A DNA stretch of 64,000 nucleotides from contig OX597820.1 of NCBI GenBank assembly GCA_951406725.2, forward strand, positions 92,938,001 to 93,002,000, in the 5' to 3' direction. Made by a program: the position numbers and the translations under genes. Of the stretch, positions 12,792 to 26,599 are shown piece by piece. Positions within the stretch are counted from its first letter, which is position 1; each line of letters starts with the position of its first letter. The notes under the pieces were generated by a model. It was not told the origin of the DNA. It worked only from the letters and a program-made list of their open reading frames with translations, and did no database searches. The stretch is from Octopus vulgaris (Eukaryota).

Positions 12792-15519
12792 CTTTAGACA
12801 GCTTCTGCTCTACAGGACAGGCTGATGACTTGCCACTTCAACTCAAGCACTTCCGACTCATTTAACGTTCCTTATCATTACCCTTGCTATGTCCAACGCC
12901 CTACGCTTCTCAAAAGACCCTCTGCCCGATCCTTCTTCTCCAGACGATTTTCAACAGTTCCTTCCTTGCTCATGTCTTTCCTGCTAGGGATCGACTTGCA
13001 TTAATTTTAGCAGAATTAATCGAACCGGTTTTCAAGCGTATGTGTGGGCCATAGGCACAGTTCTTTCCTTCAGGCTCAGCGACAACCCTACGTAATGATA
13101 GTCGATATGAATGTTGGTTGGTTGCTTCCTTGGGTGCTTGGTTGGTTGGCTGGCTTGCTCGCTGGCTGGCTGGTAGAACTTCCATTTGAGCTTTACATCA
13201 TATATAGAGAGGGGCGAGATTAAATGTGAGATACAGAATGTACTAACATAAAGTGAAAGATGAGTGCGCAGAGAAGGTTTAGTGGTAGCCAGTGAATAAA
13301 AGAATGTTGCACGTACACAGAGAAAGTATCATAGAGACAGGGGATGAGGAGGAGGAGTGGGAGTAAATGATATATTAGTTATGGGAGGGGTTATATAAAT
13401 ACGAAATTTGTTTCAAGTAATTTCATTTAAATGTAATTAATATGTTTCTTTTAAAAATTAGCATTCATTTTATTATTTGCGTAAGCAGCAAAAACCCTAA
13501 TAAATTTCAAGTTATAATTATTATATTTATAACATATTTCCTGATATTACCTATGTTTACAGAAAAATACTTCCAGAGTTGTTCGTCAGATAAGTTAAGC
13601 GATCATCATCATCATCATTATAATGATCATCATCATGACCATTATCATGATGTCTGCTATTTAGTCTTTCACTTTGCTTATAACAATAATTCGTGATGAT
13701 AACTGTTCATAAATTGATTTCCTTTGCTTGTTTACAAGGTAACAAGTGTGTATGCATGCGGGAAGCTGATACGGCCGACGAAGTAAGCCTCAATACACGA
13801 CTTGTATTTATTTTATTGAACCTGGCGCATGAATAGCGGCACTGAATTCAGAGAGTTAAATTCAGCGTATAGAGTGGTGAAACTAAATACTACAAGGTAC
13901 TTTGTCAATTACTTTGCTGTTTAATGTCACTAAATCTCTCTGACAGTTTTAAAAATAATAACAGTAACATTATTTTATGCCTTGGTGTTTTCTTATCTAA
14001 ATCTACAACATAACAAATCGTCTTTTACTTCTTCGATGTTAAGTCCCTTCACAAAATCGTTTGCCGCTATTTTGCAATTTTTCTTTACTTCCCCCCACTC
14101 CCCTATCGAAAACAGCTTTTTTTCTGCGACCATATATTTGGCATTTTGGCTTCTCTCCCCAATCGACTATTTCTCAAAGGAATTCAACCTCTGTCATTTT
14201 CTTGACTTGTAAACAGTTCAACCTTTTTTAACCAAAGAATCGATATCACTCCCATACCCTTCTGACTAGATCTCACTCTTTCTCTCTCTCTCTCATTCCT
14301 CCCTCTCCCTCTTTCTTTCTCACTCTCTCTCATCTCTTTTTCTTTCTCTCTCCTCTTTTCCTCTCCCTTTTTCCCTCTGTTTGGTATTATCGACAACACA
14401 AAAAGCTTTGTTAGTATTTCTGTAATCTTTCCGTATCTATGTATTGTTTTGTTTTGTTTTTTGAAGACAGATGCATTCAGTATCTACCATATATTGGCCA
14501 ATGATCTTATTTCTTATTCACTAGCAAGCTATCAGGAATATTAAAAAAATTTTTTGTAATCTTCGAACGATCGAATACTCGTGAATGTGTCTATTAACTT
14601 CTAAAAGATGCAAATCTGTCATATTTATTTTGGATTACCACAATTTCTCCACTGTTAAGCTCAAACTGTACACTCCGCACGTTTGATTAAGTTTTTAAAT
14701 CCTTGTTTATACATATAACCAATTATTTTTGTTTTGTAATTAGTTTTACAACAAATTTTCATGTATTTGTTTGAATTCTAATTGAAATTCAAAGCAGATT
14801 TATGATGAAGATTTCAGATTAAGATCGTTTGAGGTTCAAGCTGCTTCACTATGGTTACTCACTGCCTACAAATGTTAAAGTCTGGTCATATTCTCCTTCA
14901 AGCAAACGATAGTTCTCTCTCTCTGACACATAGCTTGAGGTATAACCTAAATCCAATTGTAAGTTTCCTACTAAACTGTGCATTACTGATGCTCAGAATT
15001 AGCTATATGTATAAAGGAAATTTGTTTTGCAGCTATTGCCTACACTTTCAGGTTGGCTTTAATCACGTAAGTGCAATTTGGTAAATGGAAACTGCGGAAG
15101 CATGTCAGCCAGAACATTTTAGTTATTGTCAAGTAGACTTAATAGGTCGACTGGCTTAATACATCCACTTGGATTTTGAGTGTTTCGAGAGAAGTCCATT
15201 AGGTTTCAGGCATTCGAGTAAAATGTCCTGTCTGAGAGCATTTTTCAGTATTTCTACCGCTTGTCTTATAGTTTCTAAAAATATCATAGATATAGCATTT
15301 CCTCTTATAACTAAACCATATGCAAATCAAAAACTAATTTCTCTGTACTTACAAGCTTTATATCAGAATCTTATACAAGAGTCTATTATTTTCATACCTG
15401 AGGATTCTAACATTGTTAGCTAAGCCACTCTTACGCCAATATCAATGGAGTAGGTAGATTAGGCAAACCAGATCTAAGATTTAGGCTAGATTCACAGTTG
15501 AGCCATTTTATTTCAGGTG

Positions 15520-15800
15520 AAGGTGCATTACTTAATGATTAGCGTTTTCGGTTAATGCAATTGGCTCAATTCTTCGACTAGGGGATACAACTGGCCCTTG
15601 AGCAAGGCTCTTCTTTTCATGTTGTTTCCGTCTATTCAGATGTAATGGATACCTGCCGAGTGCTGTTGTACAGTTCTCTCTCTCTCTAACTGTCACATTC
15701 TAAATGAGGTGTTGAATGAAAGAGGGTATCGGGAGGATTATATCCCCTCGCACATCCATAAGCAACTAAGCAATTAGCGAAATCATAATACACACTCACT
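15520..15800 (+). mobile_element. Decayed CORE-like SINE
   Basis: Contains ggcccttgagcaaggctctt core; related to the copy at 47505-47785. Confidence 0.55.
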
Positions 15801-16440
15801 AACAAGTGACGGTTGGCTACACTTAACATTGTATCTGTAACATTCTGCTATAATCACCAGCTTCAAGAGTTATGCATTTTGGAAGTCAGACTGAGTTGTC
15901 ACTGAAGCTTAACATAGAGGGGAAAATTTCGATAGAGACTTAGCATCACACTGATATATATTAAATGTTGCACCATTTCTAAGTTTACTGTTCCTTCCTA
16001 AGAGACAAGACAAACACTCATATTTTATTCATTCATTTCTCCTACCTCTCTCCTATATCTTTCTCTATCTCTCTCTCTCTTTCTCTCTCTCCTACTGTAG
16101 ATAGTTTCATTTTTAATGATTTTTTTTGTATCACAAACACAAAAATACTATGATTATAAAAACGGCAGAATATAGAATATTTTAATCTTCATGTCTTTAC
16201 CAACGAACTTTTTGGCATAAATGACGTGAAATTTCATCGAAGATATAATCGAACCTGTGACACCACCGATGAGTTAGCTGGTCTAAAGCATGCATCGAAT
16301 TATTTTTTGTTCTCCATCATTTACTACACACACGTGACAATCATGGTTTCTTTATGACAGAGAACAGTAGGTTATATATTAATGGACGGCATATGTATTT
16401 GTTTAACTGAAGTACAACTTGCTTCGACTTGTTTCAACAA

Positions 16441-16790
<350 letters not shown>

Positions 16791-18281
16791 TTTAAAATCA
16801 GATATGATAAACATATCTTCCATAGGGATTACCGATGTTAATGAAATGAGATATTTATAAGTAGGAATTGAAACCGTCTCTTTGAAAGAAAATATCTAGG
16901 GCAAATTGTCATGTTTTTTATTTATGCCAGACACATAAATCAAATATTTTAATAGTTATGCCGTGAAAGTGTTATGATAGCTATTAAAAATACACATTCG
17001 GTTTATTCTCTTTTGTTTAGTTCGTGTTATTTTTGTAAACTAACAAGTGATAAAAATGTTAATCGCACATCTACAAACTGGCCATTGACACAATTCATCT
17101 GAATCATATATTTTAGTAAAGGTCAAAGGGAAAACTGTATCATGCTTTTGTTAAAAGTGTGAGTAATTTATGTAAAGTGAATGTACTGAAACCAAATACG
17201 AGCAAGAAGTAAGTTGGCTGGTTATATGCTTAAATACTGAAACGAAATAAGGGAAATTCTGCGTGGTTACAGGAAATAGCTGCTAATTTCCTTTAAATGA
17301 GAGTCTTCTGTTTTTAAAGAAAGAAGGTTATACTAGACAATGTAGTCTGAAATACTCTATATCTGAAAAGGATAGATGGTCATGACTAGAATGTCTTTGC
17401 TTCACTGACTAATATATATTTTGTTACTTTAAACGGTTTGGTAGACATGTTTGAACCGGTTATTCTAAAAATAGCATCACTTTTATCCTATTAGTTCTAA
17501 TTAATGAGCCAGTATTTTGACACAAAAGTAATAATATTAATCCTATTATATAAATTATTACACGCTATTAAAACACATATTATCAGTTTCTGTCAACAGA
17601 AAAGCTTAGAGTACACACATTTTAATCCTATGTAATTGTAGATCAAAAATATAGTGTAAACATTAAAAGCTTAGACGTTCAACATATAAGATGGTCAGTC
17701 ATTCAACATATTTTATAAGCCGTATGCTATCTACTATCATATGATTGTCCCCTGGTATATCTTTTATATTGTGTTGTTAAATCCTGATGGATTCTTTTCT
17801 TCCTTGTTGTTTGAACAAATCACCATGCTTTTCGGGGAAAGCAGTTTGTGGCGATGGAGTTAATAAACCTTGATGCTAAAAGTGGCAAGCAAAATCTATT
17901 TCGACAAACAGAACAAAGACCAAATGCAAAACACAGTATTGTCTATCGAATACGTTAGTCTTTTGTGAGCTTTCTTATCTAGGGGGCATAAAAATCTGTA
18001 CTGAACCATTTTCGTACTCACTTATGTGACCTTATTTCATAAATAACCAAACACCTTGTTTTTTTTTAACCCTTTAAAAGTGTTCCATCAAGCAAGGTTT
18101 TATATCTAATGATGGAAGCATGATTGGTTTGTTGTAAGCCAAAAGCCCATCGTAAGCATTTTTATTTTATCGAACTACCAACTCAAAGGTTATTCTTTTC
18201 TTATTCGGCACTCATATATGGATCTGCTGTCCCCAGAACTTTGAAAAAGCCGGATATCGTTCGTAGGCACTTATTTATCCT

Positions 18282-18500
18282 TTTACTTGTTTCCGTCATT
18301 ACACTGTGGCCTTAGTGGGGCACCGCCTTGAAGAAGTTTAATCAAACGAATCGATCCTAGTACTTGTACTTTTTAAAACCTAGTACTTATTCTATCGTTC
18401 TGCTTTGTCGAGCCACTAAGTTATGGGAACGTAAATATAACAACACCGGTTGTCAAGCGCTGCTGGGGGACAAACACAAATACAAACACACGCATACACA
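18282..18500 (-). mobile_element. SINE family 1, 3' half
   Basis: Matches the 3' part of the full copies (tagtacttattctatcg.., ggttgtcaagcg). Confidence 0.8.
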
Positions 18501-18504
18501 ATAT

Positions 18505-18930
18505 GTGAATTAAAAGCAGCGTTAGTGTTGTAAACATTATTAACCACACATGTTCCATGTGTGTTTTGTATAGCGCCTGGGGATTACCCTCTCATTACGC
18601 TGGGTGTTAAAACACCTGATCGTCATAGACAAGCAAGACAAATTGGCCCTGATCCCAATCAGGAGTGATGGATACTGATACTTCACCATTTTTATGGCTT
18701 ATCAACATCACGTACCTGAATCCCGCCGGGGACGAACTGAATCGCCAATTTATGGCTATATATAAATACTGTAAAACCTATATGCTGGTATGCCTCGGCG
18801 AAGCATACGTAAGGTTAAATTCAAAAACAAATTTAAAGCAGCGCTAGTATTCTAAATGTCATCGACCACACATACTCAGCGTTTTGTTTTTTCGACAGCT
18901 CCCTTATTACGATGTGTGTTAAAACATAGA
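18505..18930 (+). repeat. Partial tandem repeat (period ~322 bp) with a degenerate hammerhead-like core
   Basis: aaagcagcg..accacacat..gtgttaaaac recurs at ~18513 and ~18835; ctgaa-tccc-gccg-ggga-cgaac at 18716-18737. Confidence 0.6.
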
Positions 18931-19065
18931 CAGGCGAAATATTGGTATCCATCACTCCAGTAGGGGATTGGGGGCGAGTTGTCTCACCTGTCTATAGCTT
19001 TCGATTTTCTTTATTATTGAAATTTTCTTTATTATTGTTGTTAATGTTAAGGGAATGGGGCAGCC

Positions 19066-19270
19066 GAATCCTTCGCAGACCGAGCAAAATGCTTAGCGGC
19101 ACTTCATCCGTCTTAATGTTCTGTGATAAAATTCTACCGAAGTCGTTTTTGCCTTTCATCTTTTCGATACTGATAAAATAAGTACCAGTTGAACACTGGG
19201 ATCAATGTAATCGGCTTACTTCCTCCCTTACAATTACTGGCCTTGTGCCAAAATTTTGAAGCCATTATTA
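19066..19270 (+). mobile_element. SINE family 2
   Basis: aaatgcttagcggc...gcctttcatc...aaataagtaccag, followed by a (tta)n tail. Confidence 0.8.
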
Positions 19271-19364
19271 TTATTGGTAATGATGTTTAAATTGCATTCT
19301 GAGACCAAAGTCAATGCTGTTCCTATCATAGCCATCCCGCCTTTTTATATATTCAGTACTGTAC

Positions 19365-19592
19365 TCTTACTCTTTACTCTTTTTCTTGTTTCAGTCATTT
19401 GACTGTGGCCATGCTGGAGCACCGACTTTAGTCGAGCAAATCGACCCCCAGGACTTATTCTTTCTAAGCCTAGTACTTATTCTATCGGTCTGTTTTTCCG
19501 AACCGCTAAGTTAAGGGGACGTAAATAAACAGCATCGGTTGTCAAGCGATCTTGGGGAGGGCGCAAACACAGACACACACACAAACAAACAA

Positions 19593-19623
<31 letters not shown>

Positions 19624-19793
19624 CATATATACGACGGGTTTCTTTCAGTTTCCGTCTACCAAATCCACTCACAAGGTTTTGGTCGGCCCGATTCTATAGA
19701 CGACACCTGCCCAAGGTGCCACGCAGTGGCACTGAACCCGGAACCATGTGGTTCGTAAGAAAGCTACTTACCACACAGTCATTCCTACGCCTA
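19365..19793 (-). mobile_element. SINE family 1, full length
   Basis: tRNA-like A/B boxes on minus, internal (CA)n tract, (aaagagt)n tail. Confidence 0.92.
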
Positions 19794-20894
19794 TATTAAT
19801 ATATCTACTATATTATCTAATTCCTTTGAAAATATTTGAGCCTGCTGGAGTGAAATTTGGCTACTGAGTGAAATTTGGCTATTGTTTCTAGTAAGTCGTC
19901 AGAGAGTGTAGCGACTGCTTGGTTATCTCACAATAATGTTTTTGTTTGTTTTGTTTTTTTCTGCTTTTGGTAGCTGTTTCTAAAAGTTCATTTGTTTATT
20001 TCCTGATATTTAATTATTACCATTTTTATTTTTTTAGTTAATTAAGTCTTTTCATTGTCAATACAAACTAAAAATAGTTTATGTAACAAGCAGCATAATT
20101 AACGATATGTTATTTGATATACTGTTCGATAGTCCGTATTTGACTGAACTACAAAAAACAAAAGCTTACTTATTAGTTTTTTCGTAACGTGTTTTGTTTT
20201 GTTAGATGAGACAAGAGAGAGAGTGTATATATATATATATTTATATATATACACACATATGCGAGTGTATGTATGCGTGTGTGCATGTGTGTGTGTATAC
20301 ATGTATCTATACATAAGTATATACATACATATATCCATATGTATATACACACACAAACACATACACACACACACACACACATACGCATATATAACAACTT
20401 TGTTATAGTGGAAAAGAAAAGGATAACATCTAAATTTTTAACTTTTATTAATTTGCCACGAAACATTCAATGACATGAAATGATTTAAAATGAATAAACT
20501 CCAAAATATGTTGTTTCATACAACTGACAACTCGCATCAAATATTGTTATAAGTAGAACTTTCAAAGAGAAAACTACCCGCATAGATAACTAAAAGCATT
20601 AAAATTTTATAAAATGTGATATATAGATATAAGTATATATACTCACCCACATTCAGGCACGCACTCACACAAACTTAAACACAACACACAGACACATACT
20701 CACTCACACATTTTTATCGTATAAAACAGTATCCAAGGAGAATAGCTGTGGTCGGTGTCGACAAGGTTTGCATTATTTGGAAAAGTGATAGAAAAAGTAA
20801 TATAATATTGCTTTAAGGGAATGATTCTCATTCCTTTTATTTTATATCACATTTTGGTAGCAAGTGCATTGGTTGCATTTTTCCAGGGGAATAA

Positions 20895-21255
20895 TCTCTG
20901 TATACAGTATGCGGGAGTCGATTTAACGAAATTATATGCAGCATATAGCACCAATCTAATGAAATTATATACAATGTATTGCAACAAGCTAACTGAATCC
21001 ATTACAGTATGTAGCGCCAATCTAACCATATTATATAAAAGGTGTGGGTATTTGTCTAACCAAATTATGTACAGTGTGCAACGTCAGTCTAACTGAAATA
21101 TATACAGTATATAGGTATTTGTCTAACTGAATTATACGTCATGGGTTGCGTGAGTCAAACCGAAATATATATATAGCTCTTAGCGGTCTGTCTAAACGTG
21201 TGGGTATTTGTCTAACCGAATTAAATGCTGTGTATAAGTGTCAATCCGAATCAAT
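20895..21255. repeat. Degenerate ~33-bp minisatellite
   Basis: About 10 units of the form tatatacagt...tctaactgaaat. Confidence 0.8.
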
Positions 21256-21373
21256 GGCATATCTGAAACACAAGCCAAACCATTGCTGGCTCGTATTCTA
21301 TCGCCTGAACACTGCCGTCTACGAATGGGATACTAAACTTCGGCTGTATCATTCAGACGATTTTCTTGAAGTA

Positions 21374-22634
21374 CAGGGTGAGGCAGAGAAGACGGACGTC
21401 TTTTTGAAATGGCCATTACCCAGACCCAGTGAGAAGGATATATGTCCGACAGGTACCATTCGGTCGGTGGTGTCTTAACATTTTTTTCTCTTTTCAGGTG
21501 AAGCCATGGCACTGTGGACGATAGAGAATCGCGTACTTGCCTACGACACTTACGTGTAGAATAACGAGTCTATCACAGAAGTTCAGCGTTAGTTTCGGTG
21601 CCACTTCAACATTCACCGAAATTAGGCTGTTCCCACTCGTAACACAATCTTACAATGGGTGAGTGCACTTCGTACATGAGGTACGCTAATGAATAGGAGA
21701 TTATTGGGGGCGTCACGAATTGTACAGACCCCGGAAAATGTGGAACGTGTCAGACAAGCTTTGATATGGAGTCCGAATCGCTATGCTCAGAGGCATTCCA
21801 CTGAACTTGGCATCAGTAATCAATCGGTAAGGCGTATTTTGCATGAAGACCTGCATTTCCACTCATACAAATTGGTCATTAGGCAACAGTTGAAACCTCG
21901 GGACTACGCACAACAGCTTCACTTCGTACGTCAAATGGAAGCAAATTCTGTCGTTCTTGGGCTCTTGAAAATTCGAGTGAACTGCACCAAAGACCACTGC
22001 ACATCCCAAAAGTGACGGTCTGGTGTGCTGCTGGAAAAGCTGCTGTCATTGGTCCTTACTTTTTAAAGACAATAATGAAAATGTTGTTATTGTGAACTCC
22101 GAGTGTTACATCGAGATGATAAACCACTTCTTTGTACCTGAATTCAGACGGAAACGTATACCTATTCGACGTGTGTTACTTCTGTAGGATGGGGCGACGG
22201 CCAACACATCCAGAGCATCAATGGACGTTCTTCGCCTTCTCTTCGGTGACCACCTCATTTCGAGGTGTGCTAACATTCCTTGCCTCCCTCGGTCCTTTAA
22301 TTTGTCCATGTGTGATTATTTCTTGTGAAGAAACCTCAAGGTGCATGTATATGCACATAACCCTCGCGGATTGGACGATTTGAAGGCAACTATTCGCGTG
22401 GAAGTCGCCAAATCAACAGAGCAATGCTGGAGAAAGTGGAGGCCAACTTCCAAGGATGACTTCAGAAATGCATCAATGAAAACGGACTCCACATAATGGA
22501 TGTTGTTTTCCACACTTAATTTTGACAAATACTAATTCAATACAAACACATTGATGTCAATAAGATTTGTTTGCGACTAAAATTAATGATTTGGGGAATT
22601 TTTCAAAAACCTCCGTCCTCTCTACCCAACCCTG
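21374..22634 (+). mobile_element. Tc1/mariner transposon (rosa/DD41D-like), decayed
   Basis: TA-flanked TIRs cagggtgaggcagagaagacggacg / ctccgtcctctctacccaaccctg. Motifs PENVERVRQ..SVRRILHEDLHFHSYK, KVTVWC and DGAT. Confidence 0.9.
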
Positions 22635-23029
22635 TATCACAGGGGACCAAAACATTGTTGTTTGTTTTAATAACGGCATTTGCTGCTATTTCAACTAGAG
22701 GAAATCTGTTGTTAGCAACAACCTCTGGTAATATAGCTTATAATGAGGAAAGAATACGCTGCTTTAATTTTTGATGCCGTTATTCCACAACGCCAGTCGT
22801 AGGTTATATTTAGGTTTTGGTGGAGCAGAACTAAGGCTTGAAAGTAGACGTCAAATCACTAAGTTCAATCCGGTGACTAATTTGAAATATATAATATGTT
22901 GCGAAACTGCACACTCTGTTACAAGTGACTGAATATGGCGTTAAAATATTAAGTTGATTAGAATAGCGTAGGAGACTAACTAAGACCTTCGCATACCGAG
23001 ATGTTTTTACAATTTGTTTATTTCTAGTT

Positions 23030-25950
23030 TCATTGCGTAGGCGATCGCTGGTTGTGGGCAGTTTTGTGTTTTTGATAGTGCAGTGCAGTATTTAGCGTAT
23101 TTGCAGATGCTGAAAGTTTTTGTGTTAATGCATTAGGAAGCTCGTCAGTATGACATAATCCTTTATGGATCTAATAAATTGTTTGTACACTGGCTATTAT
23201 TTCTTTATCTTGGTGTTGTACTCTTCCAATGTTCCAGTATCGTTTTGCTTTTCTTTCCCGTGAATGTTGTAGCAAATACCTGATGTTTTAGTCTTCTGTG
23301 CATGTGTGGCATATTTTTGCATATTTATGTTTATGAGTTCGATGTGATGGCTAGTTAAAATTGATTGCTTTTATTTTTTTAATGTTGCTGGTAAGGAGAC
23401 GGTAAATTTAATAAGATATACTTTCCTTTATAGCTATGCTTATCGAATAGTGGGAGAAAGAAGCAGTGGCATCCGCATATGAATCTGTGTGGTTGTTCTA
23501 CGAGAATGTATTGTAGATATAAACAGTGAAAGAGACAAGATAATATATTTCTCAACACTCGCATCATTACAGAAGATTTCTGTATTGTTGATATGGCCTT
23601 GAAAACATGGGTGGCAGTCCACACCGAACTGAGAATATTCTCGAAATATTTACTGATGATAATGACAACGGGAATGGTATTTGTCAGTCGCATTTTGGCC
23701 TTTTTATTTATTGTTTGAACTTTTCTGAATTTCTTATGTAAGGCTTGTGAATAGTTTAGTGGACTGTATCAATGCTACAGACCTACAAGATGGAAAGAGG
23801 AGTGTGTGGAGGTGAAAAGAAAAATGTGTGGAGTAGTGATACTGAGGATAGGTTTTATTACGATTTTGATATTGTTCATTGAAGATGAGTATATGCTATG
23901 CTGCGTTCCTTGTTCTTTTTTTTTCTAGAATTCCAGATTCTAAGGACTTGGCATTGCTATTATAATTAATTTTTACAGTTTAGCCCTGGTTCAACAAAGT
24001 CTGACCATACATATGACTAAAGATAATCCATCAATGGCCTCCGTGTTTTTGAATACATGTAAAACTACTTCCTCCAATGTATCTTTTCCTTTTCTAAGAC
24101 GGTGCTGAGTGATTCACCATAGATTTAGCTGCTACTTCAGTAGGTCGAGCTACCAGATACAAAATTCTACGTTCGAATGCACTATGAATAACTGAGGTTG
24201 CTGGTGGGTAATAATATTTTTGAATCCCAAGTGTTTCCCTTTCATCTTTATAGTTTTTTTAACGAATCTTTAAGATTTTAGATATTTTTTTCAGTATTTG
24301 AGAGAAAAAAGATGTCAAGATAAAGTATTAGATTAAAGGCGAGTATATTGTTCCTTACTCCGAAGTTTGTGACGACTGAGTCTGGAAAAGTGTGATTGGA
24401 GTGTATGTTATTTGGTATATAGAATGTGTAAGGCGGCAAGCTGGCAGATTCGTTAGCACGCCGTGCGAAATGCTTAGCAGTATTTCGTCTGGCGCTACGT
24501 TCTGAGTTCAAATTCCACCGAGGTTAACTTTGCCTTTCATCCTTTTGGGGTCGATTAAATAAGTACTAGTTACGCACTGGAGTCGATATAATCGACTTAA
24601 TCCGTTTGTCTGTCCTTGTTTGTCCCCTCTGTGTGTAGCCCCTTGTGGGTAGTAAAGAAATGGGTATTTCGTCTACCACTACGTTCTGAGTTCAAATTCC
24701 GCCGAGGTTAACTTTGCCTTTCATCCTTTTGGAGTCGATTAAATAAGTACTAGTTACGCACTGGAGTCGATATAATCGACTTAATCCGTTTGTCTGTCCT
24801 TGTTTGTCCTCTCTGTGTTTAGCCCCTTGTGGGTAGTAAAGAAATAGGTATTTCGTCTGCCGCTACGTTCTGAGTTCAAATTCCGCCGAGGTCGACTTTG
24901 CCTTTCATCCTTTCTGGGTTGATTAAATAGGTACCACTTACGCACTGGGGTCAATGTAATCGACTTAGTCCCTTTGTCTGTCCTTGTTTGTCCCCTCTAT
25001 GTTTAGCCCCTTGTGGGCAATAAAGAATTGAGTATAGAATGTGTTACAGTCTTTGATACAACAAATAACTCTCTCAAGTGTTTTACTGCTTGTTTTGTCG
25101 TTTATGTTGGAGACAAATATTCTTCTTTTCTTGTTTTCTGCTTTAGTTTATTTCTTGTAATTCGTTTAGTAGCTTCATATTGAGGTTTATTTCTTTCGTG
25201 TACGATGTTGAAGATATGCCTTTGAAATTGTCTCAAAGTGTTATCCAAGTGAACTATTTCCTTTGTATACTAAGTATTTTAGTTTTACGTTGTCTCATGG
25301 GACACAGCTTTTGGGAGCGTCTTTAATTGTTTACGAGTATGTATGGACGACAATAATATCCGTATTGGCGATTATGGTGTTTTTGAGGACTTCAACGAAG
25401 TCAAAAGAACTTAGTGGTTGCTTGCAAGTTAGACATACAACGCTAGAAGTGTGAAGCAGAACATGATTTATGGATAAGAATTGATTCAATGCTATATATG
25501 TAGCCATGTGTTGACATAAGTTGTTTTAGGGAATGTAGAATTTTGCATGATTACCCATGTGGCTTTTTATGTTATCTATACTGCTTTAACTTTTTTACCC
25601 ACAAGATATAACATACATTGAAATCACTATCTCAATTTTCGAGAGAAAAGGTTTGAGAATGTGTTAAAGTTTTATTGTTTAGGATGTGTAGCCTATAGAA
25701 ACGGTTGATGCTGTTTGGTGACTGCACACATATATGTTATGTTAATGTGTTTCTGCTGCTGGTTTCTATTTTGAATGCTGCCGTGTTCAGTGACTTTTCA
25801 TGCTCTATTAATGTTCGCGTATCCTAGATGTAGTCGTTGTTGCTATTGCTAATTTCTAGCATTAAAGCTGTTGTGGGTACATTGAACTGATGTTTTAACA
25901 ATCTGTTAAATTCTGTCACGTATTTCTGACCAATAAGAGAACTTGAAATC
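23030..25950 (-). mobile_element. Highly decayed L1/Tx1-like LINE
   Basis: A-rich minus strand; SYADATAS (YADD-like) ~23460-23485; possible ORF1 Cys-knuckle remnant ~25595-25620. Confidence 0.5.
24432..25030 (+). mobile_element. SINE family 2 with a 184-bp internal unit triplicated
   Basis: gtatttcgtct at 24480, 24664 and 24848; TSD tatagaatgtgt at 24418 and 25033. Confidence 0.92.
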
Positions 25951-26167
25951 AGTGCTGCAATATAATGCTACATTTACAACATTTAAAGTTGTCGAAATAT
26001 TGCACACTCCCCTATTTTCAATCGCTCACCTAAACCTATCTCCAATATTTCCTGGGCTTTTCCCTATTTACCGCAGTTTAGCAAAAGCCTATTGGTCCTA
26101 CTCACCGTGGTTGGACTATAATTATTTTCTCTATTTCCATAGTTTAACTGAGCCTATCTATCTCTTT

Positions 26168-26442
26168 GGAGGCACATAGCCCAGTGGTTAGAGCAGCGGA
26201 CTCGCGGTTGAGGGATCTCGGGTTCGAATCTCAGACCGGGCGATGTGTGTGTTTATGAGCGAAACACCTAAGCTTCACGCGGCTCCGGTAGAAGGTAATG
26301 GCGAACTTCTGCTGACTCTTTCGCCACAACTTTCTCTCACTCTTTCCTCATGCAACTTGCAGCTCACCTGCGACGGACCGGCGCCAAGGAAACGGGGAAA
26401 ACCGGCCCTAATGAGCCAAGCGTGGCTCGAGAAGGAACAAAC
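26168..26442 (+). mobile_element. tRNA-derived SINE family 3 (V-domain-like)
   Basis: A box tagcccagtgg, B box ggttcgaatct, cctgcgacggaccggcg motif; 12-bp TSD atctatctcttt at 26156 and 26443. Confidence 0.88.
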
Positions 26443-26599
26443 ATCTATCTCTTTAATTGATTCGACTAAACAGCCATGGGCAAACGTTTTCCGGAAGCGG
26501 TACGCATGTGAAATGAGTCATCATTAAACAGGCCACCCCACTTAAAATGAGAACTAAATGCAGTTTTTTGTTAAGTGTACCATTCGGAAGGTTCTACAA

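Larger units (their letters stand above)
9550..13760 (-). pseudogene. Endogenous reovirus lambda2-like unit J
   Basis: LWKYFSVNIGNIRKYV ~13530-13580 (LSQFFQSHGD..RKYL); SYRLSLRRVVA ~13078-13110 ([11 protein letters not shown]); LKTFTHFIENFVYVAI ~12065-12112 (IKPFVTNNVELFFVAF); FRINKKSPISFNGSTTAGKS ~11222-11282 ([21 protein letters not shown]); SLADA*ILVEHFAADTDF ~10025-10078 (DITDAWPAQLDFTIAGTDV); DTYILNMYDL ~9795-9826; SYKFPPCQ* ~9568-9594 (TYIVPPGDY). Confidence 0.7.

Noticed and set aside
20821-21096. ORF with a signal-peptide-like start and 11-aa repeats
   Set aside because: The hydrophobic start is antisense to a lambda2-like segment, the repeat is a minisatellite whose frame breaks, and there is no expression evidence.
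21480-21510. Strong splice acceptor before an ATG
   Set aside because: Lies inside the mariner, upstream of its own transposase start; not evidence of a host exon.
24480-25030. CRISPR-like array
   Set aside because: Contiguous 184-bp SINE units without unique spacers, in a eukaryotic context with no cas genes.
26168-26240. tRNA gene
   Set aside because: The tRNA-like head continues into a SINE body with a 12-bp TSD; the cloverleaf is imperfect.
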